NCBI GenBank assembly: GCA_037308085.1
Contig: CP147779.1
Location: forward strand, 192,001-256,000
Direction: 5' to 3'
Length of the DNA stretch: 64,000 bases
From: Promethearchaeati archaeon SRVP18_Atabeyarchaeia-1
Lineage (GTDB): Archaea; Asgardarchaeota; Atabeyarchaeia; Atabeyarchaeales; Atabeyarchaeaceae
Under the pieces are notes generated by a model. It did no database searches, was not told where the DNA came from, and was given only the letters and a program-made list of their open reading frames with translations. Each line of letters starts with the position of its first letter. Positions within the stretch are counted from its first letter, which is position 1. Positions 30,002 through 40,353 of this stretch are shown piece after piece. Made by a program: the position numbers and the translations under genes.

Positions 30002-31129
30002 ATGGATCTGGAGGAAACGGAAGATTTGGTTGAAAAAACGACTATATCGGTAATTAAGGCTGACATTGGTTCCTTGGCTGGACATCACACCGTTTACAAA
30101 GACTGCTTAGATTGCGCTACTGTGGCAATGGAGAAGGCAAAGAGTGAAGGACTGATCGTGGACTATCGCGTTACGCATTGTGGCGACGATCTTGAACTGA
30201 TTATGGGACACCACAGGGGTGAAGACAACAAAGAAATCCATCAACTTGCCTGGAACACCTTCAAGGAAGCGGCAGAGATCTCCAAGGAGCTAAAGCTGTA
30301 CGCCGCCGGGCAAGATCTGCTCAAGGACACGTTCTCTGGAAACGTAAGGGGGATGGGTCCTGGCGTGGCCGAGATGGAATTCGAAGAAAGAATAAGCGAG
30401 CCAATTGTAGCGCTACTTGCCGACAAGACTGCTCCGGGAGCCTTCAACCTTCCATTCTTCAGGATATTCGCGGATCCTTTCTGCACTGCGGGACTCATAA
30501 TCGATCCTGCGATGCACGGAGGATTCAAGTTCGAAGTCATGGACGCAAGGGAGAACAAGGTGATAACCCTAAAGACGCCGGAAGAAAACTACGATCTGCT
30601 GGCGTTGATCGGAACCACGGGGCGCTACATCATAAGGCGAATCCTCAGAGCGAACGACAATCAAATAGCAGCAGCAGTCAGCACAACCAGGTTATCGCTG
30701 ATTGCCGGCAAGTACGTCGGGAAGGACGACCCAGTCGCACTGGTCAGAGCACAGCACGGTCTTCCATCCGTAGGAGAGATTCTTGAGGCTTTTGCATTCC
30801 CCCACTTGGTAGCAGGGTGGATGCGAGGGAGCCACAATGGGCCCATAATGCCGGTCGGGGTGAAGGATGCCAAATGCACGAGATTTGACGGTCCGCCCCG
30901 GATAGTAGCCTTGGGATTTCAATTGAGGAACGCGCAACTGATAGGACCAGCAGACATGTTTGATGACCCTGCATTTGATAGATCAAGATGGATGGCGAAC
31001 GAGATAGCGGACTACATGAGGAGACATGGTCCATTTGAGCCGGGAAGACTTGAGATGGAAGAAGTCGAATACACCGGAATACAGAAGGTACTTCAAGATC
31101 TCAAACCGAAGTTCAAGCCACTGGACTAG
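30002..31129 (+). CDS. fbp: Fructose-1,6-bisphosphate aldolase/phosphatase (class V)
   Basis: ISVIKADIGS..GH, GDDLELIM, YAAGQDLL, GKYVGKDDPV, GWMRGSH, RFDGPPR. Confidence 0.97.
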   Translation: MDLEETEDLVEKTTISVIKADIGSLAGHHTVYKDCLDCATVAMEKAKSEGLIVDYRVTHCGDDLELIMGHHRGEDNKEIHQLAWNTFKEAAEISKELKLYAAGQDLLKDTFSGNVRGMGPGVAEMEFEERISEPIVALLADKTAPGAFNLPFFRIFADPFCTAGLIIDPAMHGGFKFEVMDARENKVITLKTPEENYDLLALIGTTGRYIIRRILRANDNQIAAAVSTTRLSLIAGKYVGKDDPVALVRAQHGLPSVGEILEAFAFPHLVAGWMRGSHNGPIMPVGVKDAKCTRFDGPPRIVALGFQLRNAQLIGPADMFDDPAFDRSRWMANEIADYMRRHGPFEPGRLEMEEVEYTGIQKVLQDLKPKFKPLD

Positions 31130-31242
31130 CGAACCTTGGCCTTCAATTGGGGAGCCTGCCCACCGCCACTCATATATAATGATGCAACCCTCTTGTATGA
31201 TATGTCAGTTAGTGTACAGGCCGTTAGGGGATCTGATTACGA

Positions 31243-31731
31243 ATGAGTCCTTTTAGAGGAAAAAAGAGAAAAGACAAAGCAGCGGCAGAAGAAGAGAAGA
31301 AGACTGCGGAGGTAGAATCTGAGGCAAGAGCCGTTGAAGACGTTAAACCTGAGAAGTTGACGCCTGCCTCCTGGTTCAACAAACTCGCCAATCTAGGCGA
31401 TGTCCAGAGCGCGCTACACTCGTTGCCAGATCTGGATATTCAGCTCTATGTGGGCAACAGCCTGCTAAGGTTCATAAAGAAAGGCCTTGACAAACCAATT
31501 GTCAGTGAAGAGAGGAGCCTCAGACCAGATGCGATTATTAGAATCTCCGACAAAGCATGGGAAGAACTAGTCAAGATGCAAAGCCTTGACGAATTCGATA
31601 CCCTCTATAGAAAGTACGCCAAGAATCCCTCACATGATGAATTTGTAAAGGTCAGCATCAACAAGGAAAGCCTGCTTTCTGACTCTGGCATTCTTCGATC
31701 CAAACTCTTCAAGAATCTTCTGTTAGTCTAG
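31243..31731 (+). CDS. Hypothetical protein
   Basis: 162-aa ORF between fbp and tpiA with a charged N-terminus. Confidence 0.65.
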   Translation: MSPFRGKKRKDKAAAEEEKKTAEVESEARAVEDVKPEKLTPASWFNKLANLGDVQSALHSLPDLDIQLYVGNSLLRFIKKGLDKPIVSEERSLRPDAIIRISDKAWEELVKMQSLDEFDTLYRKYAKNPSHDEFVKVSINKESLLSDSGILRSKLFKNLLLV

Positions 31732-31776
31732 CTCAACCGAATATTGACGGACGATTCTTCTCCTTCGTTGCTGTAA

Positions 31777-32508
<732 letters not shown>

Positions 32509-32599
32509 TTCGAGAGTTCAAGGCAACTCAGGATTTATACCGATCTTTGATCTCCACCTTCTGTGGGACAACCGTAGAATCCTTCGCAGGAGACTTCAT

Positions 32600-33490
32600 T
32601 TGAAAGTCAAAACCATCTGTGCTGCTTGCCTCCTACACCGAGGGGTCAGAGAAATCGAGCTTACCGACTCCAGCCCAGAAGTCAAGATGCAAGCTATCAA
32701 GAAGCTTTTCGAGTTTCTGTCAGAGAACTTCTCGAGAAATTCGGTTTCAGCGATCCTCGGAACTGAGAGAGATCGGATAATAAGAAAGGAAACAGGTTGC
32801 CCTGACCCGTATAAGAAGAAGAAGGCTCTATCAAACGAGTACGCGTTGAAACTGCTTCCAGAAATAAGGAAAGCCCTGGATTCTGAGCAAGCAGGATACG
32901 GGAGATTCAGAAAGGCTTGCCTTGCCGCGATAGTGGCGAATTCAATTGAGTTTGACATGCTCGAGCACGATCAGCGACTTGAAGATTTTCCGAGACTTCT
33001 TGCGAGATCTGAAGAAGAACTGAAAATAGATGAAATCAGGGAGATCTATTCGAGAATCAAGAAATCGAAGAGAGTACTTTACCTTGCAGACAACGCGGGG
33101 GAGATAGTAATAGATTCTCTTCTAATCGAGGAGATCATGAAGTTGGGTCCAAGAGTTGTTGTCGTCGTGAAGGAAGGCCCCGTACTGAATGACGCGTTGA
33201 GGGAGGACGCAATACTGGCAGGAATTCCAAAGATAGCAGGCGACGTGATAACTACGGGAACTGATTCCGTGGGGCTTGTACTCTCACAAGCATCTGAGGA
33301 ACTGAAGCAGTGCGTAAGTGAATCTGACTTCATCGTATCAAAAGGAATGGGAAACTATGAGACTATGACTGAGGAGAAAATCCGAGGAAAATGCATTGCT
33401 TACCTGCTTAGGGCAAAGTGCAGCTCGGTGGCTGAGGACCTTGCTGTTGAAGGCGGGTCGAATGTTGCGAAGCTACACTGCTGGGATTAG
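32600..33490 (+). CDS. ARMT1/DUF89-family damage-control phosphatase
   Basis: CAACL, DPYKKKK, ANSIEF, YLADNAGEIVID, LNDA, KGMGNYETM, AKC. Confidence 0.92.
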   Translation: MKVKTICAACLLHRGVREIELTDSSPEVKMQAIKKLFEFLSENFSRNSVSAILGTERDRIIRKETGCPDPYKKKKALSNEYALKLLPEIRKALDSEQAGYGRFRKACLAAIVANSIEFDMLEHDQRLEDFPRLLARSEEELKIDEIREIYSRIKKSKRVLYLADNAGEIVIDSLLIEEIMKLGPRVVVVVKEGPVLNDALREDAILAGIPKIAGDVITTGTDSVGLVLSQASEELKQCVSESDFIVSKGMGNYETMTEEKIRGKCIAYLLRAKCSSVAEDLAVEGGSNVAKLHCWD

Positions 33491-36400
33491 CTAGAGAGTT
33501 GACGTTTTCGTTGGCTCTTCCGGCGAATAATAGTTCGGAGGCGGACCCTCTTCCAGTCTTTTCCTCTTGCCCCGACTTAGAAGTAGGATCACAAGTAAGG
33601 GAACCGCGACTGCAGCAACCAGTACTGCAAATATCACCTCTACTGGGAACAGCGGCGGTTGCGCCTGGAGTACGTACACCATAGCGTAGTCTGCTGCGTA
33701 CGCGCCATTTGAGTCCACGAAGAGGATCAGGATAAGGAAGTAATCATCTATCAGGCTGAGAGTGGTATGCGTGCCAGGGAGAGTAACAAGGCCTGATTCC
33801 GGTATTAGCAAGCTGCCTTGGAAAGAGCCGGTCATACTATTGTACGGAATTGGAGACACAATGAGTTCCGAATCTACGAGTCCAGGTATAATGTAGAGGT
33901 CATAATCGAAGAGGATCGCATATGCTTTCATGTTGGTGACATTGTCTTCGACACTGGAGCCTCTGATCACGATAGACAGTGCGTCACCCGCGTACACTGG
34001 CAGAACAGAGAATTGTAGGGAGTGGCCTACTGGCGTCCTCAGCTCGATGAGCGGATGCGTATCTATCGTAGTGGTCGCATTATCTATCTCAGGGTCTATG
34101 CTTGCAACCATGATGAGGCCAACCGAGTTGAATGTGGAGGTGTGGCCTGCGCTGTTCGCTGATATCCAGTACGTGTAGACGTCAGTTGTATTGCCTGTAG
34201 AGGGGAGGTACTTAGCGACGTAGTAGACTGTGCTATTGACCTGACTTGCCCTCAGAGAAACGTATGTGAGCGGCTTGTCATTGGCGAGATAGAAGTTGCG
34301 TGATCTAGTCAAGTACACTGTGACGTTCGAATCAGGTTGCTCCAAGCCTGATACGGCAATCGTGAAGGTCACACTGTCATTGTGACGCAGTATTATTGGA
34401 GTGCCATCCGGGAGGAGGCTCCGGTAAATTACGGGTAATTGATTCTTGTACGCCGGATTGTTGTAGGTCGAAAGTGTGATGTTCAGAATGTCTGGTGGCG
34501 TGTTGACGACCTCAACGTAGAATATCCTATCAATGTTCAGCCCTCCTATTATTGTCTTGGCATTCACGCTGAACTTGTAGAATCCTTCAGCTTCCAATTC
34601 GACGGTCATGTTGTAATAGATACCTGCGATGTCGCTCTTTAACTCAATAGGAATCATCGACCCGTTGTCGGCTATACATGCCAGAGTAGAGGAAAGCAAC
34701 CCACCTGTAGTTCTATTAGTCACTGTCACTCCGATCTGAAGTGATTCACCAGTTCTTACCCTCGGACTGGACACTATTGTCTCTAGCGAGGCATTCACTT
34801 TTCCTAGTAGCCAGTCGAAAATGTTCTCAGCAAGCTTCAGGTTTCCGGGATATGCTGCGCTGGTAAGGTAATCATCCGTGGCGAACCATATGCCCCCAGA
34901 AGCGACTACACGGCCGCCCTCTGGCACATCACATGCAGCTAGAGTCGCGAGTGTGCCATACTCTGCTGGAGTAAATGCAATGGGGATTGCGGGGCTGCTA
35001 ATGGATAGCGTTGAGCCGTAACCGTACAGGTAGCTTGTGAGACCGCTTGTTACCGGGTGACTTGACAGATCTGTGATGACAATATTCGAGGTGATCACCT
35101 TGGCGAACACTAAATCAGTGTACTTAGAGACAAGGTTTTGAGCAAATTCTACTCCATATTTGGCTGTAATCTCATTGACTTTCTCGGTCGCCATGTCTGG
35201 GTAATCGGTGCCAAGCACTAGCAAAGAACCATTGTTGTCGACGAATCTCTGGATCGCGTTGGTCTCCTCTGAGCCAAACATGATCTTCGGGTCCGTCAGG
35301 ACAAGGACATCGTACTGACTGATTTTCGAGTAATCTATCGGCTCGTTATTCTCGTAGGTACTATATCCGCGGGATCTCAGTGTTGTGGCAAGCTTGTAGA
35401 GAACGCTCATAATCGAGAAGGCCGAGTCTGTGTGGAACAGATCGAAGTATACTCGACCCTTCGGATTTTCGACGCTGAAACTAACTGTGATATTCTGACC
35501 GGGGACGAACTCGTGGGTAGTAGTGTTTTGGAACCCTATCTGGGCTACGTATCGTCCTAGAGCTGCATTCACGGGTATCGAGACATTGACGTATAGACCT
35601 GTGAAGCCAACTATGTTTGCCAAACTTGTGTTGCTCAGATTGATGAATGAGGTCGCATTGCCAGATACCGCGATATTCAGATTTGCTGTGAAGGCTGTCA
35701 GCACAGTTGCACCCAGCTGCAGTGAGTCGCCAAGGTACCCGACAAAGTATGGCGGATTGATCAACTGTCTCGGGTAGACACTGAGAACCGGATAGTGAAG
35801 CCTGTTCCCGAACCCCACCAAGTATGTGTAGGCCGCAGAGACATCTATTAGCCCTGCTCCTTGAGCGTTGGCATCTGCCCCCAAGCTGTTAGCAGTATGC
35901 ATTAGCGCAATTCTAACCGTTGTAGGAATTTCCACCTTGAGCTGTGATGGCAAGGCTGTTCTATTCAGTAGGCTCAGACCAGAGGCACTTAGGAGCAAAG
36001 CGGCAGCTCCTGAAACAAATGGTGTAGCTGCGCTCGTGCCGTCCATTTTGACGTAACCGCCATATGAGATGCCGAGGCGGTAGGCATAGAGAGAGACAGA
36101 GGAAAGGCTAGCCAATGTGGACCAAATACCCACGCCAGGTGCCAGCACATCTGGGTACGGCCGACCATCCAGCGTTGGTCCCCTGCTACTGAAAGAGGCG
36201 ATGGAGTTGCTTTCGTTGTATGCTCCCACAGATATGGCGAGCCTCGCTGCTGCAGGAGTCTCGCCGGTTGAGTAATATGGTCCATTGTTTCCAGCTGCAA
36301 CCACCACGACCACACCACTTCTGGCAGCGCTATCGACTGCCAAGCTGAGGGGATCGTCTGGATCAGCTGAGCCTCCACCCAGTGACAGACTGATCACATC

Positions 36401-37225
36401 CGCGCCATTGCCAACAGACCATTGAATCGCCGCGATTATTCCGGCAGTGAATCCCCTGCCAAAACTGTCTATGCACTTTGCGTTGAGCAGTTTTGCCATC
36501 GGGGCAACACCTCTGTACTCTGGATTCAATACACCAGAGCCGGCCGCGATCCCAGCCACATACGTTCCATGCCCAAAGTCGTCTCCAAGGTTCGTTTCAT
36601 TGTCTAGATAACCGTAGATAGTGTTCACAAATGACTGGCTTGCTACGACCTTCCCCGCCAAGTCGGGGTGTGTAGCATCAATTCCGCTGTCAGCAACTGC
36701 TATCTTGACGCCAGAGCCGTTTGCTACGTTCAATGGTGGAAGGTCTATGGCACTAATCCAAGGCGATGTACGGGATACAGTGGCAATTGTGCCTGATGTC
36801 CCGTTTAGAGGGATAGCCATGATTTCCTTGTTCAGGTATAAGCTACGGATTTCCTTGACCGAAACAAGCCCGCTGATAATGCTGAGGGGCCCTTTAACGA
36901 CGGCGGCTGGTATTACGTTGAATGTGCTGATCAGCTTGAGACTTCCGCCAGCCCCAATTATCTTTCCTACGGAGTTCATATCAACTCCGTCTCTAAAGAC
37001 CACAATTACCTCAATGTCCGCACTTGACTGATGGTCAATCAGGCCTTTGAGCAGAGGATCTACTTTAGCGACAGCGGGCTGTAAGTCAGAACTCACCGTC
37101 TGCTTTTGTCCATTGGAGGTCAGACTAGGCGCTCTAACTATCATTGTCGGAGCGATAATAACCGCCGATATCATTAGAGCAGCCAAAAGGCGCATGGAAT
37201 AGTGATTGACAGTCCTCTCGCTCAA
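33491..37225 (-). CDS. Secreted, membrane-anchored subtilisin-like (S8) serine peptidase with a DUF4350/GldG-like domain
   Basis: Signal peptide, I9-like prodomain, catalytic VADSGID / GHGTYVAG / DGTSAATP, C-terminal TM helix. Start is likely 37225 or 37195; the ORF track gives 37429. Confidence 0.9.
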   Translation of the reverse strand: MSERTVNHYSMRLLAALMISAVIIAPTMIVRAPSLTSNGQKQTVSSDLQPAVAKVDPLLKGLIDHQSSADIEVIVVFRDGVDMNSVGKIIGAGGSLKLISTFNVIPAAVVKGPLSIISGLVSVKEIRSLYLNKEIMAIPLNGTSGTIATVSRTSPWISAIDLPPLNVANGSGVKIAVADSGIDATHPDLAGKVVASQSFVNTIYGYLDNETNLGDDFGHGTYVAGIAAGSGVLNPEYRGVAPMAKLLNAKCIDSFGRGFTAGIIAAIQWSVGNGADVISLSLGGGSADPDDPLSLAVDSAARSGVVVVVAAGNNGPYYSTGETPAAARLAISVGAYNESNSIASFSSRGPTLDGRPYPDVLAPGVGIWSTLASLSSVSLYAYRLGISYGGYVKMDGTSAATPFVSGAAALLLSASGLSLLNRTALPSQLKVEIPTTVRIALMHTANSLGADANAQGAGLIDVSAAYTYLVGFGNRLHYPVLSVYPRQLINPPYFVGYLGDSLQLGATVLTAFTANLNIAVSGNATSFINLSNTSLANIVGFTGLYVNVSIPVNAALGRYVAQIGFQNTTTHEFVPGQNITVSFSVENPKGRVYFDLFHTDSAFSIMSVLYKLATTLRSRGYSTYENNEPIDYSKISQYDVLVLTDPKIMFGSEETNAIQRFVDNNGSLLVLGTDYPDMATEKVNEITAKYGVEFAQNLVSKYTDLVFAKVITSNIVITDLSSHPVTSGLTSYLYGYGSTLSISSPAIPIAFTPAEYGTLATLAACDVPEGGRVVASGGIWFATDDYLTSAAYPGNLKLAENIFDWLLGKVNASLETIVSSPRVRTGESLQIGVTVTNRTTGGLLSSTLACIADNGSMIPIELKSDIAGIYYNMTVELEAEGFYKFSVNAKTIIGGLNIDRIFYVEVVNTPPDILNITLSTYNNPAYKNQLPVIYRSLLPDGTPIILRHNDSVTFTIAVSGLEQPDSNVTVYLTRSRNFYLANDKPLTYVSLRASQVNSTVYYVAKYLPSTGNTTDVYTYWISANSAGHTSTFNSVGLIMVASIDPEIDNATTTIDTHPLIELRTPVGHSLQFSVLPVYAGDALSIVIRGSSVEDNVTNMKAYAILFDYDLYIIPGLVDSELIVSPIPYNSMTGSFQGSLLIPESGLVTLPGTHTTLSLIDDYFLILILFVDSNGAYAADYAMVYVLQAQPPLFPVEVIFAVLVAAVAVPLLVILLLSRGKRKRLEEGPPPNYYSPEEPTKTSTL

Positions 37226-37648
37226 AACCTTCTCCCCGCCTCTGAGAGTTGATTGACCACTTGCCCATACAAATCTGGCGCTTACAATAATCGAGCCATA
37301 AAGCCCACATCCTTCAGGGATGGGATGAATGGCGGACTTGAATAGTGAAGCACCTGTTTTGCTAAGTGTGAAGCAGGTAATATATTCTTTCCTCTGGGCA
37401 ACAGCCACATCCAGGTCGCCAGAGAGCACATCGAGGAGCAGGAAAAGGTATGGCGAAGAACGAGGCTATCAGGGCAAGCTTAGTCCGTGAACCACGAAGC
37501 CAACACCCTTTGAGGAGTTGGTAGCTCGCCTAATCAGAAGTTCTTATGAAGGCAATAACGACCGCCGACCGCAATTATGGAATAGTAGGAGACTCATAGT
37601 CAAACGGTGATCGATATCTGACTATCGTTCATGCGCCGCAAGTTTGCG

Positions 37649-38785
37649 CTACACTGTCTCAATTGGGAGTCTATTCAACACTTCCTGTGCAGAATCATTG
37701 ACGAGCACCGTCTCCTCTAGTTTTATTCCCCCGATCTCGCGAACTAGAGTTTGAACCTTGATGCACATGACCATCCCTGGCTTGATGAGGCGAACCTCAT
37801 TCTCGAAGATCCTAGGCCACTCGTAGAGTTCTAAGCCAATCCCATGCCCAGTGACATCAGTCCCACCTTCGGCAGAAAGACTCTTCAAGAAACTCTTGAT
37901 TGAGCCTACCATATCCGAGGATGTCGCGCCTGGCCTTATTTGCTCGATTGTTTTCGCCAAGATCTTTCTAGATAGCTCAAAGGCCTTCCTGTGTTTCTCA
38001 GCAGGTTTTCCAGTGTATATTGTCCTTGCGACATCCGAGCAGTACTCGTTGTAAATGGCTGAGATGTCTATTGCGACAAATTCGTCCGCATCTATATTTC
38101 TCTGCTTGGCTGACGTCAGTTTCTGTCCACTTCTTGGTCCAGAGGCAATCATGCTATCGAAGGCTGTGCGTCTTGATCCAGCTTTCCTCATTGTCCGTTC
38201 GACTTCTGCAGCTACCTCCAACTCAGTCACGCCAGGTTGTATCAGCTCTATGGCTGTTCGGATTCCTCTCTCGGTGATCTCCAATGAGTCACGGAGAGTC
38301 TCGACTTCCTCGTAATCCTTGACTGAACGAATGTCAAGCAGATCCTCCGAAATGTCTTTGAACCCTGTTTTCTCAAGTCGGCTCCTTAGGATTTCGAACA
38401 CGCTAACTGAGACTTGTGAGAATTCCATTCCTATCGTGGCAGAGGAAAGATTGCCAGCCTGAACTAGGCGCTGAATCTCTGCCGCCAGCCCTTTCGAACC
38501 GAATGGCTCATCGACGCTGCTCTCTGATGGGCTTGGAGCATAGTAGCTTATGTTCTTGATCCAGGATGACTCTCGTGATCTTTCGATCTCAGGTGAGGGA
38601 AGAATCAAGCTGGGTTCCCCTTCGTAAGGCAGAAGCAGCGTGGCGGGAGTACCCCCCATCATCGGGGAGAACCCTGAGACGTAATACACGTTGCTAGGGC
38701 TCATCAAAAGCAGCGCATTCAGCCCTTTACGTTCCATGACCTTCCGCAACTTGTCTATCCTTGCGGGAAACTCCCGAATCATCAA
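37649..38785 (-). CDS. M24 Xaa-Pro peptidase family protein (some metal ligands altered)
   Basis: Creatinase_N domain, IRSVKD..E, DISAIYNEYCSDVART, GHGIGL. Confidence 0.85.
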   Translation of the reverse strand: MMIREFPARIDKLRKVMERKGLNALLLMSPSNVYYVSGFSPMMGGTPATLLLPYEGEPSLILPSPEIERSRESSWIKNISYYAPSPSESSVDEPFGSKGLAAEIQRLVQAGNLSSATIGMEFSQVSVSVFEILRSRLEKTGFKDISEDLLDIRSVKDYEEVETLRDSLEITERGIRTAIELIQPGVTELEVAAEVERTMRKAGSRRTAFDSMIASGPRSGQKLTSAKQRNIDADEFVAIDISAIYNEYCSDVARTIYTGKPAEKHRKAFELSRKILAKTIEQIRPGATSSDMVGSIKSFLKSLSAEGGTDVTGHGIGLELYEWPRIFENEVRLIKPGMVMCIKVQTLVREIGGIKLEETVLVNDSAQEVLNRLPIETV

Positions 38786-38951
38786 GACATTCTCTCCTTA
38801 TTTCTAGAGAAACCAAGTTCGTTCAAATACTTTGCGGAGATTAAAGGGTCAGCGGCAGATGAGTTCAAGTGGGCGCAATGCAGTAACAATTAATTACGGG
38901 ATGCTGTACTCTCTATTGAAGAGCCCGTTGAACAAAGAGGCATGAACTTGT

Positions 38952-39443
38952 ATGAGCGAGCCGGTCACTGTGACGGTGAGGATCCCTAAGGAGCTAGTCA
39001 AGGAGCTGGACGCGAAAGTCGAACCGAGATACAGATCTGAGTACATCAGGCAAGCCATAATGGACAAACTAAAGAGCGGGCCAGCCGAGTCGCCTACAAG
39101 AGGCAGAAATGATGAGATAAATGAGCTCAAGGCTAGGATATCGGCTTTGGAGAACGCTATCAGGGGTTTGGGCAAGAAGGGTTACGAGGCACAAGTTCCA
39201 GCGCTCTTGGAAGTCATCGCCCTTGACGAAACGGACAGGAAGATAATCAGCTATCTTGTTGAACACAAGAGTGCGACAACAAAAGAGTTGGAGAAAGTAG
39301 TAAATCTGAGAAGAAGAATGATACTAGAACGGACAAAAGAGATTGAGAATAAGTACGAGGAGAAATTCGGCAAGCCTTTCCTAAAGTTTGTGCGTGGGAA
39401 AAGAGACGGGAAAAGACAGGCTTGGTGGCTTGCCGACTCATAG
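38952..39443 (+). CDS. Ribbon-helix-helix plus winged-helix DNA-binding protein
   Basis: VTVTVRIPKELVKELD...RSEYIRQAI (RHH), a coiled coil, then LDETDRKIISYL...ATTKELEK. Confidence 0.75.
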   Translation: MSEPVTVTVRIPKELVKELDAKVEPRYRSEYIRQAIMDKLKSGPAESPTRGRNDEINELKARISALENAIRGLGKKGYEAQVPALLEVIALDETDRKIISYLVEHKSATTKELEKVVNLRRRMILERTKEIENKYEEKFGKPFLKFVRGKRDGKRQAWWLADS

Positions 39444-39486
39444 TCGAGAGCTTCGTGCAGGAGCTTCGTGTTGTCACGCTATAGTG

Positions 39487-39577
39487 GGGCCCGTGGCCTA
39501 GTCAGGATAGGGCGTCGGCCTCCGATCGATTGGGAGACAGCCGATGGTCGTGGGTTCAAATCCCTCCGGGCCCGCCA
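39487..39577 (+). tRNA. tRNA-Arg(CCG) with a 13-nt canonical intron (39526-39538)
   Basis: GGGCCCG/CGGGCCC-G-CCA; anticodon stem TCGGC/GCCGA; BHB central helix CTCC/GGAG; T-loop TTCAAAT. Confidence 0.95.
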
Positions 39578-39653
39578 CACAATCTGGTTCTTCTATTGCG
39601 ACCAGTTGCAGAGCCCTTCTTCGAAACCTAAAGCCCTTAGCCTTGTCACAGAT

Positions 39654-40139
39654 TCAGACTGGCTTGGGTGGATATCCCACTAGAGGCGGTTCGATGTTCA
39701 TTTGCCAGAGGAGCGCGATCAGTTCGCCTCGGTGAAGAAGCTCCTCTTCGAACACGTGAACCAAGATGTCTTCTGTGGTGATTTCCGCCTCCCCTTTTCC
39801 GTGAACTTTCAGCTTTTCAGACAGCATCCCTAGGGACAGCGATTCGAGGTAGCTCCGCATTCGCTTTTCTACTTGCTCCATGTAAGTTCTTACGTCGTCG
39901 TAACTCTTGTATTCCTCAAATCTCTTCTTCGAGCAGAGGTTCTGCTTTTGAAGGAAGTCCAGCCAAAAATCAATCGCGTTCAGAGTGTGAATGAATATAT
40001 TTCTAATTGAGTGAAAGCTGGCCTCTCTGTTCTTCGTGAACTCTTCCCAAGGGAGCCCAGTGAACTTTTCGAAGAAGGCATGCCTCTCTATTCTGTTGTA
40101 CTCCAAGAGCTTGTTGACATCAACCAATTGGATCACCAA
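39654..40139 (-). CDS. DinB family protein
   Basis: SFHSIRNIFIH...DILVHVFEEELLHRGELIALLWQM. Confidence 0.88.
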   Translation of the reverse strand: MVIQLVDVNKLLEYNRIERHAFFEKFTGLPWEEFTKNREASFHSIRNIFIHTLNAIDFWLDFLQKQNLCSKKRFEEYKSYDDVRTYMEQVEKRMRSYLESLSLGMLSEKLKVHGKGEAEITTEDILVHVFEEELLHRGELIALLWQMNIEPPLVGYPPKPV

Positions 40140-40353
40140 GATTCATTGGTAGGCGAACCTCACTAATAAAACCCAATGGGATCAATTTGATGGGAGTGCC
40201 GCTTTCCACCCCAGCATCGTGGAGGATTTGGGGCGTTTGGGACTAAAGTTTTATCGGAAAGATAGGCAGAGTCACTCACGAAGCCCGCCAACGAGTTTCA
40301 CCACTCTGGTATGGTCGTCATCAGGGCACAAAGTGAGTATTCAGTAAGATGAG

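Noticed and set aside
39468-39735. ORFs overlapping tRNA-Arg genes (also 43623-43922)
   Set aside because: They are translations of tRNA sequence.
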